A stretch of DNA of 63,865 bases, the filler included, from Stramenopiles sp. TOSAG23-2 (taxonomy: Eukaryota), in assembly GCA_900128395.1 (NCBI GenBank). It is 27 parts of 27 records of this genome, joined end to end, with 100 filler letters (N's around TTAATTAATTAA, not from the genome) between each part and the next. Parts side by side here need not be neighbours in the genome. Positions count along the whole stretch, not along the records: positions 1 to 2,283 come from LT651869.1; positions 2,384 to 4,666 come from LT651870.1; positions 4,767 to 7,049 come from LT651871.1; positions 7,150 to 9,431 come from LT651872.1; positions 9,532 to 11,811 come from LT651873.1; positions 11,912 to 14,191 come from LT651874.1; 21 more parts are not named here. One strand, written 5' to 3'. Shown one piece after another: positions 1 through 14,191 of the stretch (within the stretch, counting starts at the first letter, position 1; the number at the start of each line of letters is the position of its first letter). The translations under genes and the position numbers were made by a program. The notes below the pieces were generated by a model. That model made no database searches. It was given only the letters and a program-made list of their open reading frames with translations, and had not been told where the DNA came from.

Positions 1-1
1 A

Positions 2-2116
<2,115 letters not shown>

Positions 2117-2283
2117 AAAGAGAGAATAATACGTACAAAAGCGCGTATTATAAATAATATTATATTCAATACTCTCTTGTATATTTTTAAATATTTTTTG
2201 ATTTTATATTAAAAAATATTTGTACCCTGGTACAATTTATTCTCCGCCTTCCTATGATGCCCATTTTCCATCAGCTAATTTAG

Positions 2284-2383
2284 NNNNNNNNNNNNNNNNN
2301 NNNNNNNNNNNNNNNNNNNNNNNNNNNTTAATTAATTAANNNNNNNNNNNNNNNNNNNNNNNNNNNNNNNNNNNNNNNNNNNN
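2284..2383. other. Artificial contig linker N44-TTAATTAATTAA-N44; first of 26, recurring every ~2.36 kb
   Basis: Identical 100-bp spacer with stops in all six frames. Flanking contig lengths fall steadily from 2283 to about 2252 bp. Confidence 0.99.
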
Positions 2384-2530
2384 TAATTTTCAGAATTGCT
2401 GAAAATATGGAATTTTAGAAAATATGGCCTTAATTTTTAGGTAGGGGAGTTTTTTCTGCGACAACCGGAAATTGGAATGTAATACTGGTATTATATATTA
2501 TAATACGCCTTATAGCCGCCTGTCTTAATA

Positions 2531-2979
2531 GGTTGGAGTTTTTCCAAAATTGTTATAGTGCTATTTAATGCTAATTGCTTGACTAATTTGTTCAAATCTG
2601 TTTCAGAACCCTTAAAAAAGTAGCTTCGAAAAAATAGCATTGGAATACAATGGGTTATTTAGCATAGAAATAGTACAGGAAACTCGCTTAAGTGCAAAGT
2701 CTATCGGTTTATCCAGAGCAGGAAAAAGCTGCCCTGGATAGAGCGATAGAGCTACGTTTTTTTAACAAGTCTTCAAATCCATCTTTTCCTATCAATATTC
2801 ATGTATTGTATAAGTATAAAAGCCGGCTGATCGTGGGGAGCTTTTTTTGACAATCAATCTGAAGGTTTTTAGGGCATACATTTCCATCACCAATCCTATA
2901 TTAAGTATAATTTTACATATACTATTTCAGCGTAATTGTCCTATAATGAGGTAAATAACAAAACGGAAAAACTCCAACC
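2531..2979. mobile_element. Putative MITE with 15-bp TIRs and TA flanks
   Basis: TA-GGTTGGAGTTTTTCC at 2529-2545 and GGAAAAACTCCAACC-TA at 2965-2981 form a perfect inverted pair. No ORF inside. Confidence 0.6.
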
Positions 2980-3179
2980 TAATGTCTAATAATGGATCAT
3001 AAAATAAATAGATTAGGATAAATAACATTAAGTCAAAAAGTAGGCTATTTATTATACTAAAAGCTTATAGGCCAGTTTAGCACTTACATAGCACCAGTAA
3101 AATACTAATCCTGCCAAAAAATAAAAAAAAAATAAAAAAATAATAAAAAAATATAGTGATAAAAATTTGAATTAATGAA

Positions 3180-3575
3180 AAGATACTTTATAATATATAT
3201 ATATATATTATTTGAATAATTCATAGTTGTTTGTTGATATATATATTGTGGATAGTAACAATTTGATAAGATAGATAGATTGTGTGTGTGTGGATATATA
3301 TATACACGTATATATATATATATATAATATTTCTTACGTTTTTTGACATTATTGCAATTATTTATATATATATATATAAAAAAAAGGGTCATATATATTA
3401 TAATTCATAGTTTGATACCATTTGATATATTGTGCACAATAACAATTTGATTATATATATATATATATTATATATATTGTGTGTGGATATAATTTGATAC
3501 ATATATATACATTTCTCACGTTTGACATTATTGCATTTATTATATCTACATATATTTATATAGATATATAAAAAA
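3180..3575. repeat. Two imperfect ~185-bp AT-rich tandem copies with TA microsatellites
   Basis: taattcatagtt...tttgacattattgca...tttatat occurs twice upstream of the EPC gene. Confidence 0.65.
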
Positions 3576-3577
3576 CT

Positions 3578-4666
3578 ATGAGACGTGGATCTTTTCGCCC
3601 AAGGCCAATACAAAATAAAAAAGCATTGCCTATTTTACAAACGGGTGTATTAACATTTTATGATGAAACTGGTTCGCATAAAACTACGATTCCACAATTT
3701 AGCCATTTAATAGATGATCCAAACGCAGCTAATATTGCAAAATCAACTACGTTGATCGATATTCCAACCCCTATTGTCCACACTGTCCAAGATTACAAAC
3801 ATGAAGTTCGTGGCGGATATAAACCGCCTGTATATTTCATACGTAATAAACCAATGTTTTATTCTAGTCATCCCGATTTAGATGATATACATAAAATGGA
3901 CTATTCGATGGATTCACAAGATATGCATTTTTTAACTTCCCATCAATTGTATGGTGAAAATGGCGATCCAAGGTACCGCGTTGAACCATCTCTTTTTGAG
4001 AAAATCATCTACTTGCTAGAATTCGAATGCGATGAGCAAAACAAAGTTATCTCTGAGAAAGAAGCGGAAGATGCATTGGTGAAACATTTAGGCCTCGTGC
4101 GTTCAACACAACAATGCCCTATTTGCCGCGACATGTATCGTTATTGGGTTGCAAAACGTACGCGTAATCAAAAACCATTACTTCGACGTTTCTGGCCAAT
4201 CACACAGCCAGCAGATCCAGATCCACACATGGTATTTCGTCCACGTGATGAACAAGGCATGAAAAATCGCCTTAGAAGAAGTCGCAAAGATGACAAATCA
4301 TCTTATGAAAAATTAAAATTATTACAACAGGATCTTGAACAGGTCACGAGAATATTGAATTCTTTACGTAAACGTGAAATATTAAAAGCCTCTAAAGTTA
4401 AATATGAAAAGGAATTGTTTTTACAAAGCATTTTTGATAAAATTCATACGAACGGTGATGAAAAACGCGAGACAACTATATTGAAGGAACGTTCACGTTT
4501 ATTTTTAGAATCACGCGATAGTATTGGCATTTTTAGTAGGTCAACATCCTCACAATCAGATGGACAAAGCCCACCATCATCATTATCAAGTCGTTTGAAA
4601 GATGGAGGAAGCAGCCCTAGAGGTGGTAGTGTGTTGACACCGAAATTACGTAAATTATCATTTAGC
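3578..4666 (+). CDS. EPC1: Enhancer of polycomb-like protein (NuA4 subunit), 3' partial
   Basis: N-terminal SFRPRPI..K.LP, DYSMDSQD..FL, FEKII..LE, YWVAKR....PLL, DPHMVFRPR and RSRKDD.SYEKL..L motifs of the EPL1/EPC domain. Confidence 0.88.
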
Positions 4667-5188
4667 NNNNNNNNNNNNNNNNNNNNNNNNNNNNNNNNNN
4701 NNNNNNNNNNTTAATTAATTAANNNNNNNNNNNNNNNNNNNNNNNNNNNNNNNNNNNNNNNNNNNNTAGGATCTATAAAATAGAAGATAAAGATCGAGAG
4801 AGCAGAAAAAATGGCAAAAGGGCACAGAAAAGATAATATGCACATATATTGTACTATTACTCTACTAAATCCGATTACTATATATACAAACAACAGAAAA
4901 GTGCAAAAGATAATAATATCTTTTTTTATATTACAGATATATATATTACCTTGTAATGTGCTAATATAGATATTTGCATTTATGTAATGTATATATGTAT
5001 ATTATATTGTATAATATATATTAGAATATATATATATATACACAATTCACAACGCCCAAGAAAAGATAATAGAGATACTGTACAGTACAATAAATAGATA
5101 TCTACAACAAATAAATTTCAAGCTCACTTTTTTTCAATATATATATATATATAATTCAACTTTCAATTTTAAATCATTTACGATAAAA

Positions 5189-6936
5189 ATGTCTTCCTTT
5201 TCTACTAGTAGTAACGATAATCATAATGCAAATTTCAATAATAAATTTGTGCCATTACTATATAAAAAACGTGAGTTGAAATCAAAAGATGTACGTAAAC
5301 ACCTAGAAGGAATTAGATTAACAAAGGAACATTATGATACCTTAGTCAATTCTGATTGTAATTTTTATGATGAAGAAACTGGAGCTTTGATTTTCAAATT
5401 TAGAACAAATAGAATTCAACATGAAAATATTCGAATTGCAAAAGCATGCTTTGGTACCATAGATACTAAAATGAAAATGTCTAAAACCAGAGGAGCAGCT
5501 GCAGGGAAAATTGTTAAGAAGAAATTATTAAAAAAACGTTTAAATTTACGGAAAGAAATAGAAGAAGTCCAACAAGTTTCTAATGGATTTGGATATATAA
5601 AATATAAAATTGATGTCTCGAAATTAATTGATTATTCTATACGAGATAGATTCCCTGGGGAAACAATTGGAGAAGAAAAAATATTTCAAAAAAATGGTAA
5701 AGCAATGAAATATTCATGGACTTCATCATCATCATCATCTAATTCTAATACTGGTAAATGGGTAGAACTTGAAGAGCAATGAAATATTCATGGACTTCAT
5801 CATCATCATCATCTGATTCTAATACTGGTAAATGGGTAGAACTTGAAGAGGTTACTAGTCAAATTACAAACAAACAAAAAACTTCAAATCCAGTCCGTTC
5901 ATACAAAGCTGGTTGGTATTATGATATGTATTTAAAATCAAATCGAAAATGGGGATTTTCAAAGGAATATCCACGTACATGGGAACGAGCTGCTCCATTT
6001 TTTGAAGATATTAATCATCAGTTTGAAAAAATATTACCAGAGGTTCATAAAGTACATACAGAAAGATTATTATGCCACAGTGACACAGTGGTTGCAAATG
6101 ATGTAGCTTTATCATCTTGCAGCATTAATGTCAATTATTCATCATTTTGCCACATGGATAGAGGTGACCTTAGGGATGGTTTTAGCACTTTAACAGTTAT
6201 TCAAATTGGAGAATATGAAGGTGGACTTTTTGTTATACCTGAATATAGAATTGCAATTGATGTACGGGAGGGCGATATATTGTTTTGCCAAAGTCATAAA
6301 TTATGGCATGGGAATACGAAAATTAAATCAATAAAAGGTGGAAAACGAATATCATTTGTTACATATTTAAAAGAAGCCTTGATACGAGGTACAATCGAAA
6401 TGTTAAAAACCCAAAGAAGAGAAGGTCTCATATTACAGAAAACTAAGAGTGGTGAAATCGATGATAATTTTATATTTCAAGCGAATCGTTTATCAGGTCC
6501 TAGACGAGTCTTCTATTCACCTTACAAAATTGGCATTGAACATAAAGAATTAGTATCGCCAACAACTGTTAAAAGAAAAAGTCATCCTCGCAATCATTTG
6601 AAACGGAAACGATATAAAAATGATAAAAAAAAAGAAAAAAGGCAAATAAAATTGTTTGATACGTATATAGGTGAACATGCACAAATTTTATTTCAACGAA
6701 AATGGTGGGATGTCACAGTTATGGAATATAATAAATCAAAACAGTGGCACAATGTTGTATTTTGGACAGATCAAGACACGATGCCTGTATGTATTGACCA
6801 GGAACTGGCTAACGGTTCATTTAGATTTGTCAAGCAGAAAGACAACAACAACAGCAACACCGCAGCAGGTGCACGAAGATACATATTTGACAGTTACAGA
6901 GAGATTGTGAAGAAGAAAGTACGCGTATCGTATTAA
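5189..6936 (+). CDS. TET/JBP-family 2OG-Fe(II) dioxygenase with C-terminal Tudor-like domain, split by a 74-bp tandem duplication
   Basis: SINVNYSSFCHMDRGD (HxD, 6151-6159), YEGGLFVIPEYRIAIDVREGDILF, LWHGNT (6307) and KRISFVTY (R, 6346). N-terminal LIFKFR and TRGAAAG. Removing one duplicate copy gives a single ~557-aa ORF. Confidence 0.82.
5701..5850 (+). repeat. 74-bp tandem duplication that frameshifts the TET/JBP gene
   Basis: agcaatgaaatattcatgg...gaacttgaag at 5701 and 5775, differing by one substitution (aat/gat). Confidence 0.95.
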
Positions 6937-7151
6937 TTAAAAAAATTAAATTTTACATACTTCGTACAACATGTACATTTCATATTATACATATCATTAT
7001 ATATACGGTTCAAATATACGTATATATAAAAATACGCGTACTTCAATTANNNNNNNNNNNNNNNNNNNNNNNNNNNNNNNNNNNNNNNNNNNNTTAATTA
7101 ATTAANNNNNNNNNNNNNNNNNNNNNNNNNNNNNNNNNNNNNNNNNNNNTA

Positions 7152-9431
7152 GGACAAGGGCGTACAAATGAAAAGTTTTTATCTGATACAAATCATGATT
7201 GTAAGAATTGTCCTAGTGGTACGTATTCCCGTACAAATTCATATGATGTATGCTATACTGCAGATCCTCCAAAAGAAGTTATTGTAGTTGGCAATCCTGG
7301 TAATGATGTTAAATGCGCCCCCGGTTATTGCAGTATTAATAGTAAGGTTGCGACCCTTCATCCAGATGATTTTGATAAAGATGACAAGTACATTCCTGGT
7401 CAATGTGTTATATGTACGTGTAAATGTGACAATGGAGAGGCGGCTAAGGGAACTGATTGTCCAAAAATTGGTGAGCATAAATGTATGAAATGTAAAGCTG
7501 ATTATGGTATACTTAAGAGAGCTGGAGATAAAGCATCTTATACATGTAAAAAATGTAACCCCGGTTCAATACCAAATGACGTTGTAGTTCATGGATATCA
7601 TACTGGTCATTGTGTATGTAAGAAAGGTTACGGTAATACAAAACGAGAAAAAACTGCGAATGGTAGATGGTGTGAAACGTGTGAAACGGGAAAATTTAGT
7701 GACTTTAAAGACGATACAAGATGTCGCGTACATATGACATGTCCAATTGGACAAGGTCGTGTAAGTGAAAGTGGGAAATTAGATAATGACAAAAATCTTG
7801 AGGATGAATGTAAAAATTGTGTAAGTGGTACGTACTCGTCTGTATCATCGCATGATACATGTTTCGATGCGCCTCCAAGTGTAGAAGCTGAGATAATACC
7901 ATTCCATGGTCCAGGCAGAGGCGTACGTTGTATCGATGGATATGAAAGTACTATTACAAAAAGTAGAGATGTTAGATATGATGGAAATGGTAAATATATT
8001 AAAAACCAGTGTAAACCAAAAAAATGCATTTGTCCAGAAGGTGGGACAGGATCAACATTGAAACAATGTCCAAAACACCACGATACATGTTGCATATCAT
8101 GCAAAGAAGATCAAGGATATCATTTAACAACAAATACACGTAATGAACCAGTATGTGAGCTACGCAAATGCACATGTAGGAATGGTGACGATCCGCATGG
8201 AGTCAATTGTCCAAAAAATTATAATGGAAAGATGTACTGTTCAAGCAAGCTGAAATGTGATGATGGATATTACTTTAAAAACAATGCATGTCACCTGAAA
8301 ATATGCGAGTGTACAAATGGAAAAAGAGCCACGGGAACTGAATGCAATAAACATGGTGATTTTAAATGTATTGCGTGTGAGGATGGTTATGGTTTTGGGA
8401 ATAGTCGGGAACTTCTTATTAATAACGTTAAAAAGGAAAAAGCATACATATGTGAAGAGTGTAAAGATGGTTCAATACCAAATGACGTTGTAGTTCATGG
8501 ATATCATACTGGTCATTGTGTATGTAAGAAAGGTTATGGTAATACAAAACGAGAAAAAACTGCGAATGGTATATGGTGTGAAGCGTGTGAAACGGGAAAA
8601 TTTAGTGACTTTAAAGACGATACAAGATGTCGCGTACATATGAAATGTCCAATTGGACAAGGTCGTGCAAATACGAAATTTTCATCTGTCGTGTGAAACG
8701 GGAAAATTTAGTGACTTTAAAGACGATACAAGATGTCGCGTACATATGAAATGTCCAATTGGACAAGGTCGTGTAAGTGAAAGTGGGAAATTAGATAATG
8801 ACAAAAATCTTGAACACGAATGTTTTAAATGTCCCATTGGTTCATACTCGTCTGTAGCATCACATGATGAATGTTTCAGTGTTCCAACAGGGACCATTGC
8901 GTCGCCCAACCCTAGACTGACTGGAAATACTGGTGTAAAGTGCAAGGACGGATATATAAGTGATTCTACTGGAAATAATCATGGTGAGGTTCGTGTAAGC
9001 GATTACGATAATAATGGTTTATTTATTGGCACATGTCGTCCAAAAAAGTGTAAATGCAGAAATGGAAACTACAAGCTAGTAGGTGAACCGGCAATTGGAA
9101 TTGAGTGTCCTATCGATGGACAAAACACATGTCTATATTGCAAGCCTGGTTATGTATTGAAAAATGGACACTGCATAGAATGCAAACCTAATAGTAATAC
9201 TTTGGAAACTGTTACAAAACATAAAGAACATGAATGTTTATGTAACATTGGGTACGGCAAAGCATCTATCAAATCGTCTAATGCTTTCGATGGATCTTCC
9301 TGTATTGCATGTCCATCCGGAAAATTTAGCACAAGTCTTTCTAGTCAACCATGTCAAAACCACAGTCCATGTCCAATAGGACAAGGGCGTACAAATGAAA
9401 AGTTTTTATCTGATACAAATCATGATTGTAA
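7152..9431 (+). CDS. Large Cys-rich repeat (TNFR/EGF/GCC2-GCC3-like) surface protein, internal fragment, frameshifted near 8668-8690
   Basis: Frame open from 7152 to 8696 and continuing in another frame to the contig end. Repeated CxxCxxGKFS and CPIGQGR units. Internal duplications 7563-7770/8469-8667 and 8585-8667/8691-8773. Confidence 0.8.
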
Positions 9432-9620
9432 NNNNNNNNNNNNNNNNNNNNNNNNNNNNNNNNNNNNNNNNNNNNTTAATTAATTAANNNNNNNNNNNNN
9501 NNNNNNNNNNNNNNNNNNNNNNNNNNNNNNNAACTGCCAATAAACATATACATATCACGACAAAAAGAAACAACAATCACAACAAGAAAAATAGAAATTT
9601 TTTTCTCCTATAAACCAATT

Positions 9621-11423
9621 ATGGTCATAACTGATACCGTAGAAAAAGAAAATGAATTGGAGAAATGGAGAAATAACCCAAAAAATTGGTTGCCAAGTAA
9701 TTCAACAATTGCCAATAATCATAATGTATCATCATATCATAAACCTTCCAAAAAAAAAGATGTCACGGATAATGTAAAAAATGATTTGAAGACAAACATG
9801 ATACATACAATGATATCTGACGCAAAAAGAACAGGAAATTTTTTTGAAATAGGTTTGGAAGAAAAATTGAAAAAGCAATTTATTTTAGAAGAAAGGAATT
9901 CAAAGTTTGCATTAGCTTTATTTGATAAAGCAGAGAAAAGAAGAGCTTTTAGAATTCAGAATGGATGGGATGAAAGAGAGAAACATGGTATGAAAAGTGG
10001 TGATTTGATACGATATGCATCAACATTTACAACAGAAGATTTCCAAGAAGATTTCATGGAAACCGAGACAAACATAATTAATGCGATAGTAGCAAAGGCA
10101 AAAAGTACAGGCAATTTCTTTGAAGTAGGATTAAAAGAAAAATTGGCAAACTTTTTTAAAAGCTTTATTTCATCCCTTGGACACGAAAAAGAAGGAAAGG
10201 ATTTAGAATTTGCATTTACTTTACTCGATAATGCCGAGAGAAGAAAAAGAGTGAGAATCACAAATGGTTGGGCTGAACGCGTTCAAGAAGGTATGGGAAG
10301 TGTAGATCTTGTACGATATGGAAAGACGTTTACTATGGAAGATTTTCAAAAAGAAATTGACGAAAAAGCATTGAAAAATTACGAATTGTTCTATGAACTC
10401 CCAGAAGGTAGTGCGAAGCTGAAGGAAGTGAAATCTAGTAGTGCTGGCATCGCCGGTTGGGCGAAATATTTATCTTATGCAGCAGAACTCTCAAAAGAAT
10501 CTGTGAAAGAAGAGATCCTACAAAAAAACGAAAATGTACTGCAAGATTGTGAAAATTTGATTGCTTTATGCAATCCAATGTATAAAGAGACTTTAATAAC
10601 AGCCGACAGCGACAGCGTTGATTTTGATAAGTTTAAGAAATCTTTCTTCTCAGACGAAGAAGAAGAAGATGAGTTGGATACTGAATCAATATTTATAGAA
10701 CCATGTCACTCTGAAGCAAAAACACAAACAAGAATTGGAAGATTCATTGTAACAAGTCCAAAAGAGGAACATGATTTAACAATGGTAAAACCATGGTTTG
10801 ATGAACAGATTCTTCCACAATTTACAAAAGAGTCGTATCCAAGTTGGAATTGGGTTTTGGATGTAGCTGAAAGTAGATTTTTAAAAGGAATGACAAGGAA
10901 CAATAGTTGGGAACAAAATATGATGTTACATGATACTCTTCTAAAACTTTTTAAGGCTGGAAGAGATAAAGTTCGGTTTGAAGTATCAAAACAATACGAA
11001 TGTAAGCAATGCGAAAAAAGAGAAAATGTAAGCAAGGTAAGCCGACGAGGCTTAAAAGACCACGTGATAGACAAAGATGGCAAGAAAGATTGTAATTCAT
11101 ATGATCAAGCGAGATGCAAATATGAACACAATAATGAACAGCAAATACCAAGACATATTCTTGCTTTTCAAATGGGACTTGTTTTCCTTCTTTTCTTTAT
11201 GGAATTTGGCTTTTGGTCATATGCAATTGGTTTCATTTCAATGTTTCTTACTGCGCTTTTGTTTTGCACGGGCATTGTTGCAAGAGGTTTTGGTTTGCTC
11301 ATGATAGCAAAAGGAATGCTTTATGTAGGACGTGGATTTCTTTTACTTGCATCAAGTCATGTGCCTACCATGGTCAATTATCGCAATCAATATATGGATA
11401 GTGGTAGTCATGGAGGACGTTGA
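9621..11423 (+). CDS. Hypothetical protein with two ~90-aa internal repeats and a C-terminal membrane anchor
   Basis: 600-aa ORF. AKRTGNFFEIGL...NGW.ER...DLIRY..TFT.EDFQ occurs twice. Hydrophobic C-terminus. Confidence 0.75.
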   Translation: MVITDTVEKENELEKWRNNPKNWLPSNSTIANNHNVSSYHKPSKKKDVTDNVKNDLKTNMIHTMISDAKRTGNFFEIGLEEKLKKQFILEERNSKFALALFDKAEKRRAFRIQNGWDEREKHGMKSGDLIRYASTFTTEDFQEDFMETETNIINAIVAKAKSTGNFFEVGLKEKLANFFKSFISSLGHEKEGKDLEFAFTLLDNAERRKRVRITNGWAERVQEGMGSVDLVRYGKTFTMEDFQKEIDEKALKNYELFYELPEGSAKLKEVKSSSAGIAGWAKYLSYAAELSKESVKEEILQKNENVLQDCENLIALCNPMYKETLITADSDSVDFDKFKKSFFSDEEEEDELDTESIFIEPCHSEAKTQTRIGRFIVTSPKEEHDLTMVKPWFDEQILPQFTKESYPSWNWVLDVAESRFLKGMTRNNSWEQNMMLHDTLLKLFKAGRDKVRFEVSKQYECKQCEKRENVSKVSRRGLKDHVIDKDGKKDCNSYDQARCKYEHNNEQQIPRHILAFQMGLVFLLFFMEFGFWSYAIGFISMFLTALLFCTGIVARGFGLLMIAKGMLYVGRGFLLLASSHVPTMVNYRNQYMDSGSHGGR

Positions 11424-11668
11424 GTTGAACCAAGTTGATGAACAACAAACAACAACTATTTTTTTTCAACCTTTCCAGGTACTTATAGATTATAAGTATT
11501 TGTACTTGATATTATAGTACGCCAGTACAATAAAAGATATATCTAGCGGATAAAAACGAAATGGCGTTTCAGGGTAGACAGCAATTCCTTCAGTTTAATG
11601 AAAAAATAAATAAGTTAAAGATTTTATTTACTCATACTGTTATATTCATAACAGTAAATGTGTACCAT

Positions 11669-11811
11669 CTACAACCTCTTCCTTCCACGGCGTCCGCGAC
11701 GGCCGCTAGAACCTCGTGGACCCCTTGGACCACCAGGGCCCCTTGGACCCCTTGCCCCTTGTAAACCTCTTGGACCTCGTGAACCTTGTGAACCTCGTGA
11801 ACCCCTTGCAC
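11669..11811 (-). CDS. Collagen-like (Gly-X-Y) protein, C-terminal fragment
   Basis: Minus strand reads ARGSRGSQGSRGPRGLQGARGPRGPGGPRGPRGSSGRRGRRGRKRL*. Confidence 0.75.
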
Positions 11812-12447
11812 NNNNNNNNNNNNNNNNNNNNNNNNNNNNNNNNNNNNNNNNNNNNTTAATTAATTAANNNNNNNNNNNNNNNNNNNNNNNNNNNNNNNNN
11901 NNNNNNNNNNNCAGTAATAATGATGTTATTTTTTGGTCAATGGTATATTTATCAACGTTGGTATAACTAAGTACGAATGTATTTTTCATATGTATTTATC
12001 CGTATTCTAAGTTCTGCGGGCACGTCCTATAAGCATATGTACTTGGAAATTAAGTATAAGTACTTATAGGGACTCAAGGCGTAGCTTTGACTACGGTGCA
12101 TATTAGATAGGTAAATTATCCATACTCTAAACACCACCAGAGGTTAGGATCACACGAAAATAACGATATTTATGAAAAATATTCCTGAATACTGTAAGTT
12201 TGTAATGCTGTGTACCCATTAATCAAGTATTGTAAGGATACTCTGTTTGCGGAAATTTTTATTCACACTTGTCGATATACCAATTACCATATCATAGGAT
12301 ATATACCGTATAGTAATTAGTACAAAGCTCCCGTTAAACCACTATTTTAGCACATCGGCGGTCACGAGCATCCCGATCTCACTCTTAGTGTGTGTGAATT
12401 GTAATATCTCTCATTACATTTAATATCACATAATAGTAAATCTTATT

Positions 12448-14191
12448 TTAACAGCCACCATGGCGCTGAGTCAACAACCTCCTCCTGCTAAGCTTCATAT
12501 CGTTTATGTCGTAATCCGCACCGGTAACTACAACTTCTTTTTCATACTTCTTCCCTCCTTTATCTTTTAGCCTTTTTAGAGTACAGTCGCATTCCTTGTA
12601 ATCCACGGCATCGAGACAACAATTTTCTTCATCTACATATACCTTCACATTCACAGTCGAACCAATCATATATTTTCTTCTTTTGCAATAAGGCAATTCG
12701 CTTAGCAAATAACCATCTTCTTCTGTATTTAACTTGATAACGGCAACCCAGTCCTTCGTATTGCCCAATGCATCCATATCTACTTGTTGGATAGATATAT
12801 CTTCCGCATGGAACAAGTGAGAAGGACAAGATTTATCTTCAACATCGTACCGTAATTTCTTTTTCAGATGTAACATTTTTGCATCTGTGTGTGGTATGTC
12901 ATTTAGGTAATAGATGGCAATATTCTTTATGGTGGTATCACTTAAGTCCACGTGATTGTACCCCTTACAAAACATGCCTTTCTTCTTTTTCAACTCTGTC
13001 GCTCCATAATTTTGACCATGGCATTTACTAGCACCAGCCGCCTTCTTCTGCATGGTCCCTACCATGTTGAGATTCTTTCCCACACGATACTGGCGCTTAC
13101 GAAAGGACCCTTCCATTGTCTCCAAAAAGGATGTCTGTGGCAGCATAGGTGTCGCATACATATCTTCGATCATATTGTAAAATTGTGTCATTGTATGCTG
13201 GTAAGGTATGAAGAGTTCGCACATTTTCTTCTCGTCTTTTCTAGGTGATTTAATAATACGTGGTCCACATAAAGATACATCCGTGAAAAAATCGTTCACC
13301 AACGTTTGTATGTGTTTTTTTTTTGATAAAGGGATGGAATGCAATGAACGAATTAAATTACCAATACCCTTATGTAAATACCCATCTACCTTCAATGCCT
13401 CGGTTACTTCTACATACAAATTGTGCCGACTGTAATTACCACCTTGAGACAAGGCAAATGGAATAATCTTCTCACGAGATACTATATCGTGTGGGTCCTC
13501 ACAAGCTTCTAAGGTATTGTCTCGTCTCTCTTTACAACATATATTTGGAAAAAATGATTTTGCCTCTTTATCCACGTTTTGTATTTGAAATAAATTGTCT
13601 AGATCCATTCTAAAGCTACAAAACGATTTCAGTAATTCATCTCGATTGGTATCGAGGCAGGTGGTATCTTCTACATCCTCTATTTCATTCGATACTTCTA
13701 TGGCTGGAAATACAGTGATACCTCTTGTACGCTCGTCTTTACAATAGGTTTTCTCGTTTCTGTTATCCGTAGCTTTACGAGCTGCCATTTCGTTATCCCA
13801 TTTCATACGTGTTTGTTCTTTTGCCCATAAACGTGAGTTTTTGATGGACAAATCGTTCTGTTTCTCTTTTTGGGCTTCTAATTTCTTCCCAAATTCAGCG
13901 ATCAGGTTCTCGACATATGAAAACTTACAACGAGTAAATTCATCAACCGGTTCTCCACCAGTAGGACACTTCGCGCATTTTCCGTCGACACTGCCTTTGG
14001 ACACTTCTCGGTACCCACAACGATGGCAATATGTCCCCAAACCATTGTTTTGATACCCATGAGGACAATCGTCAAATTGAAATGGTTTTTTTCCATTGGA
14101 CTGTCCATTACCATCATAACCAAAACACTCAATGGCACCCACCGACGTTACGCCACAGGTATGAGATCCACCAGCGCTTACTTGAACAAAC
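12448..14191 (-). CDS. Cys-rich secreted/surface protein with an RCC1/BLIP-II-like repeat, 5' partial
   Basis: Frame open to the contig edge: FVQVSAGGSHTCGVTSVGAIECFGYDGNGQS (RCC1-type). Followed by Cys modules and a coiled coil, ending RRRLLTQRHGGC. Confidence 0.7.

Noticed and set aside
2284-2383. Regularly spaced TTAATTAATTAA repeat every ~2.36 kb
   Set aside because: Artificial all-frame-stop linker inside N runs. ORFs ending in XXX-LIN or XXX-N are artefacts of it.
5701-5850. Programmed frameshift or two-gene TET system
   Set aside because: The break is fully explained by a 74-bp tandem duplication with one SNP, typical of allele or assembly duplication. A similar case occurs at 58676-58985.
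7150-9431. Circular plasmid or viral replicon
   Set aside because: No replication or capsid gene. The 55-bp terminal identity lies inside a repetitive coding sequence.
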